Origin: a virus
Lineage: Duplodnaviria; Caudoviricetes
Direction: 5' to 3' (one strand)
Virus record (IMG/VR): IMGVR_UViG_3300032296_001930
Span: 1-55,249 of that record
Length of the DNA stretch: 55,249 bases
Positions 54,401 to 55,249 of the stretch are shown here, piece by piece. Numbering within the stretch: position 1 is the first letter of the stretch; every line of letters begins with the position of its first letter. Under the pieces are notes generated by a model, which saw only the letters and a program-made list of their open reading frames with translations, did not search any database and had not been told where the DNA came from. The position numbers were made by a program, and so were the translations under genes.

Positions 54401-54427
54401 CCCCCTCGCGGGGAAACCGATTCGCTT

Positions 54428-54661
54428 TCAGTTCGCCGGTGACTCGCTGCCCTCGATCAGATCGACCTGCTCGGGTGCGCGGTATTGCTCCACGGGCGTG
54501 CCCTTCTGAACCTCGGCCACCAGATCATCCTGCGATGCGACGCGCACCGTCAACATGGTATTGGCGACATGGCTCAGTGCCTGCTGGCGCAGGGCGGCCT
54601 TGATCAGTCGGGTCTTGCCGTCGGGCGTGCCGACGAGGTAAATGCGTTGCTGAGTTGCCAT
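54428..54661 (-). CDS. Conserved hypothetical protein
   Basis: RIY.V...RL..A....QA..HVA...V.VA...DLV pattern; own -10 element upstream. Confidence 0.75.
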   Translation of the reverse strand: MATQQRIYLVGTPDGKTRLIKAALRQQALSHVANTMLTVRVASQDDLVAEVQKGTPVEQYRAPEQVDLIEGSESPAN

Positions 54662-54687
54662 GGTTTTGCTTTTGTTTGAATAGGACA

Positions 54688-54722
54688 GATGTAATTCTAA
54701 CGGATATCAGCAGATGTGAAAA
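54688..54722 (-). promoter_or_regulatory. Promoter sharing the TAGAATTACA -10 element of the early promoters
   Basis: GATATCCGT-TAGAAT-TACATC; weak -35. Confidence 0.5.
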
Positions 54723-54746
54723 GGCCCGGTTTGTGGCCGGGCCTCT
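54718..54746 (-). terminator. Rho-independent terminator
   Basis: AGGCCCGG-N7-CCGGGCCT-TTTC. Confidence 0.6.
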
Positions 54747-54777
54747 GGTGTTGGTAGAGGGGCACCACCCCTTGCTT

Positions 54778-54832
54778 ACCGAATCGGTTTTGGTTCGCTT
54801 TCAAATCGGTATAGGTTCGCTATCGATTCGCT
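54778..54832. repeat. Five degenerate 11-bp tandem repeats ending TCG(G/C)T
   Basis: ACCGAATCGGT TTTGGTTCGCT TTCAAATCGGT ATAGGTTCGCT ATCGATTCGCT. Confidence 0.75.
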
Positions 54833-54979
54833 TCAAAGTAGGCAAATCATAACGATAAAGGCCGTGAAGGCCAACCCTGCCAGTGTCTCGTCTACAACGA
54901 ACTGGCGGCTGCGCTCGTAGTACCACTGCCGCTGGCTGGGCAGGTCTCGCATCATCTCGTCGATCTCTTGCTTGGTCAT
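54833..54979 (-). CDS. 48-aa protein with C-terminal TM helix (MTKQEIDEMM...)
   Basis: Translated by hand; ATGA overlap with upstream ORF. Confidence 0.6.
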   Translation of the reverse strand: MTKQEIDEMMRDLPSQRQWYYERSRQFVVDETLAGLAFTAFIVMICLL

Positions 54980-55249
54980 TCTTCACCCCCAATCCCGTGT
55001 GCGCGTTCGATGGCGCGGGCAAAGGCCGCGATGTCAGCAGCCAGTTTGGGTTCCGCTGCGGGATGGAACGGCCACAGCCCTTGATACTCGCGCCAAATCT
55101 CCTCATCCGTCAGCGGCTTGCACTGCGGTGGGTGGGTGTAGAGGGGTATCTTCCACTTCAGGCTTTGCGGAGGAAACTGAAACCGCATTGTTGTGTTCAT
55201 CCTGATTGAACCGTATGGCGATTCCAGCCACGCCACCGGCTGCTCCGGC
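54976..55249 (-). CDS. 3' part of a hypothetical protein entering from the window edge (...PEQPVAW...PLY.HP...FARAIE.AHGI)
   Basis: Frame open to the window end; PVAW/PLY/LTDEEI motifs typical of variable phage genes. Confidence 0.7.
   Translation of the reverse strand, partial: PEQPVAWLESPYGSIRMNTTMRFQFPPQSLKWKIPLYTHPPQCKPLTDEEIWREYQGLWPFHPAAEPKLAADIAAFARAIERAHGIGGEE

Noticed and set aside
1-55249. Alternative genetic code or integrated prophage
   Set aside because: Genes tile densely in the standard code with TGA, TAA and TAG stops; no integrase, att context or host genes seen

Overview
The window is a near-complete (possibly complete, circularly permuted) ~55 kb GC-rich tailed dsDNA phage genome with podovirus-like organisation; host unknown (proteobacterial-type sigma70 promoters and SD sites). 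1-8825 (minus): small early genes behind repeated promoters, Ref-like HNH nuclease, HslV/proteasome-beta-like Ntn hydrolase, RusA, DnaB-like helicase, stand-alone primase Zn finger, DUF1376 initiator with iteron-like repeats, Cro-like HTH. 8950-13103 (plus): SSB, HNH protein, a Gp49/Acb4-like + Tad2(DUF2829) anti-defence sponge pair, PD-(D/E)XK exonuclease. 13192-54106 (minus): terminases, two cargo-like enzymes, portal, GroES-like chaperonin, scaffold, capsid, tail/fibre, lysis and ejection-protein genes. No integrase, CI repressor, DNA polymerase, reverse transcriptase or CRISPR array was recognised. Most interesting: (i) a [FMYL]-[AK]-x-G-G-x-[VL] motif shared by at least six late proteins and repeated about 12 times in one, suggesting an undescribed GG processing/capsid-targeting system; (ii) a tRNA-like structured RNA upstream of terS; (iii) a ferritin-like diiron enzyme inside the tail/ejection module; (iv) early promoters with a fixed 19-bp spacer plus a shared ACAGCGAA leader motif; (v) two separate 11-bp iteron-like arrays. 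All protein family calls come from motif recognition by eye, not database searches.
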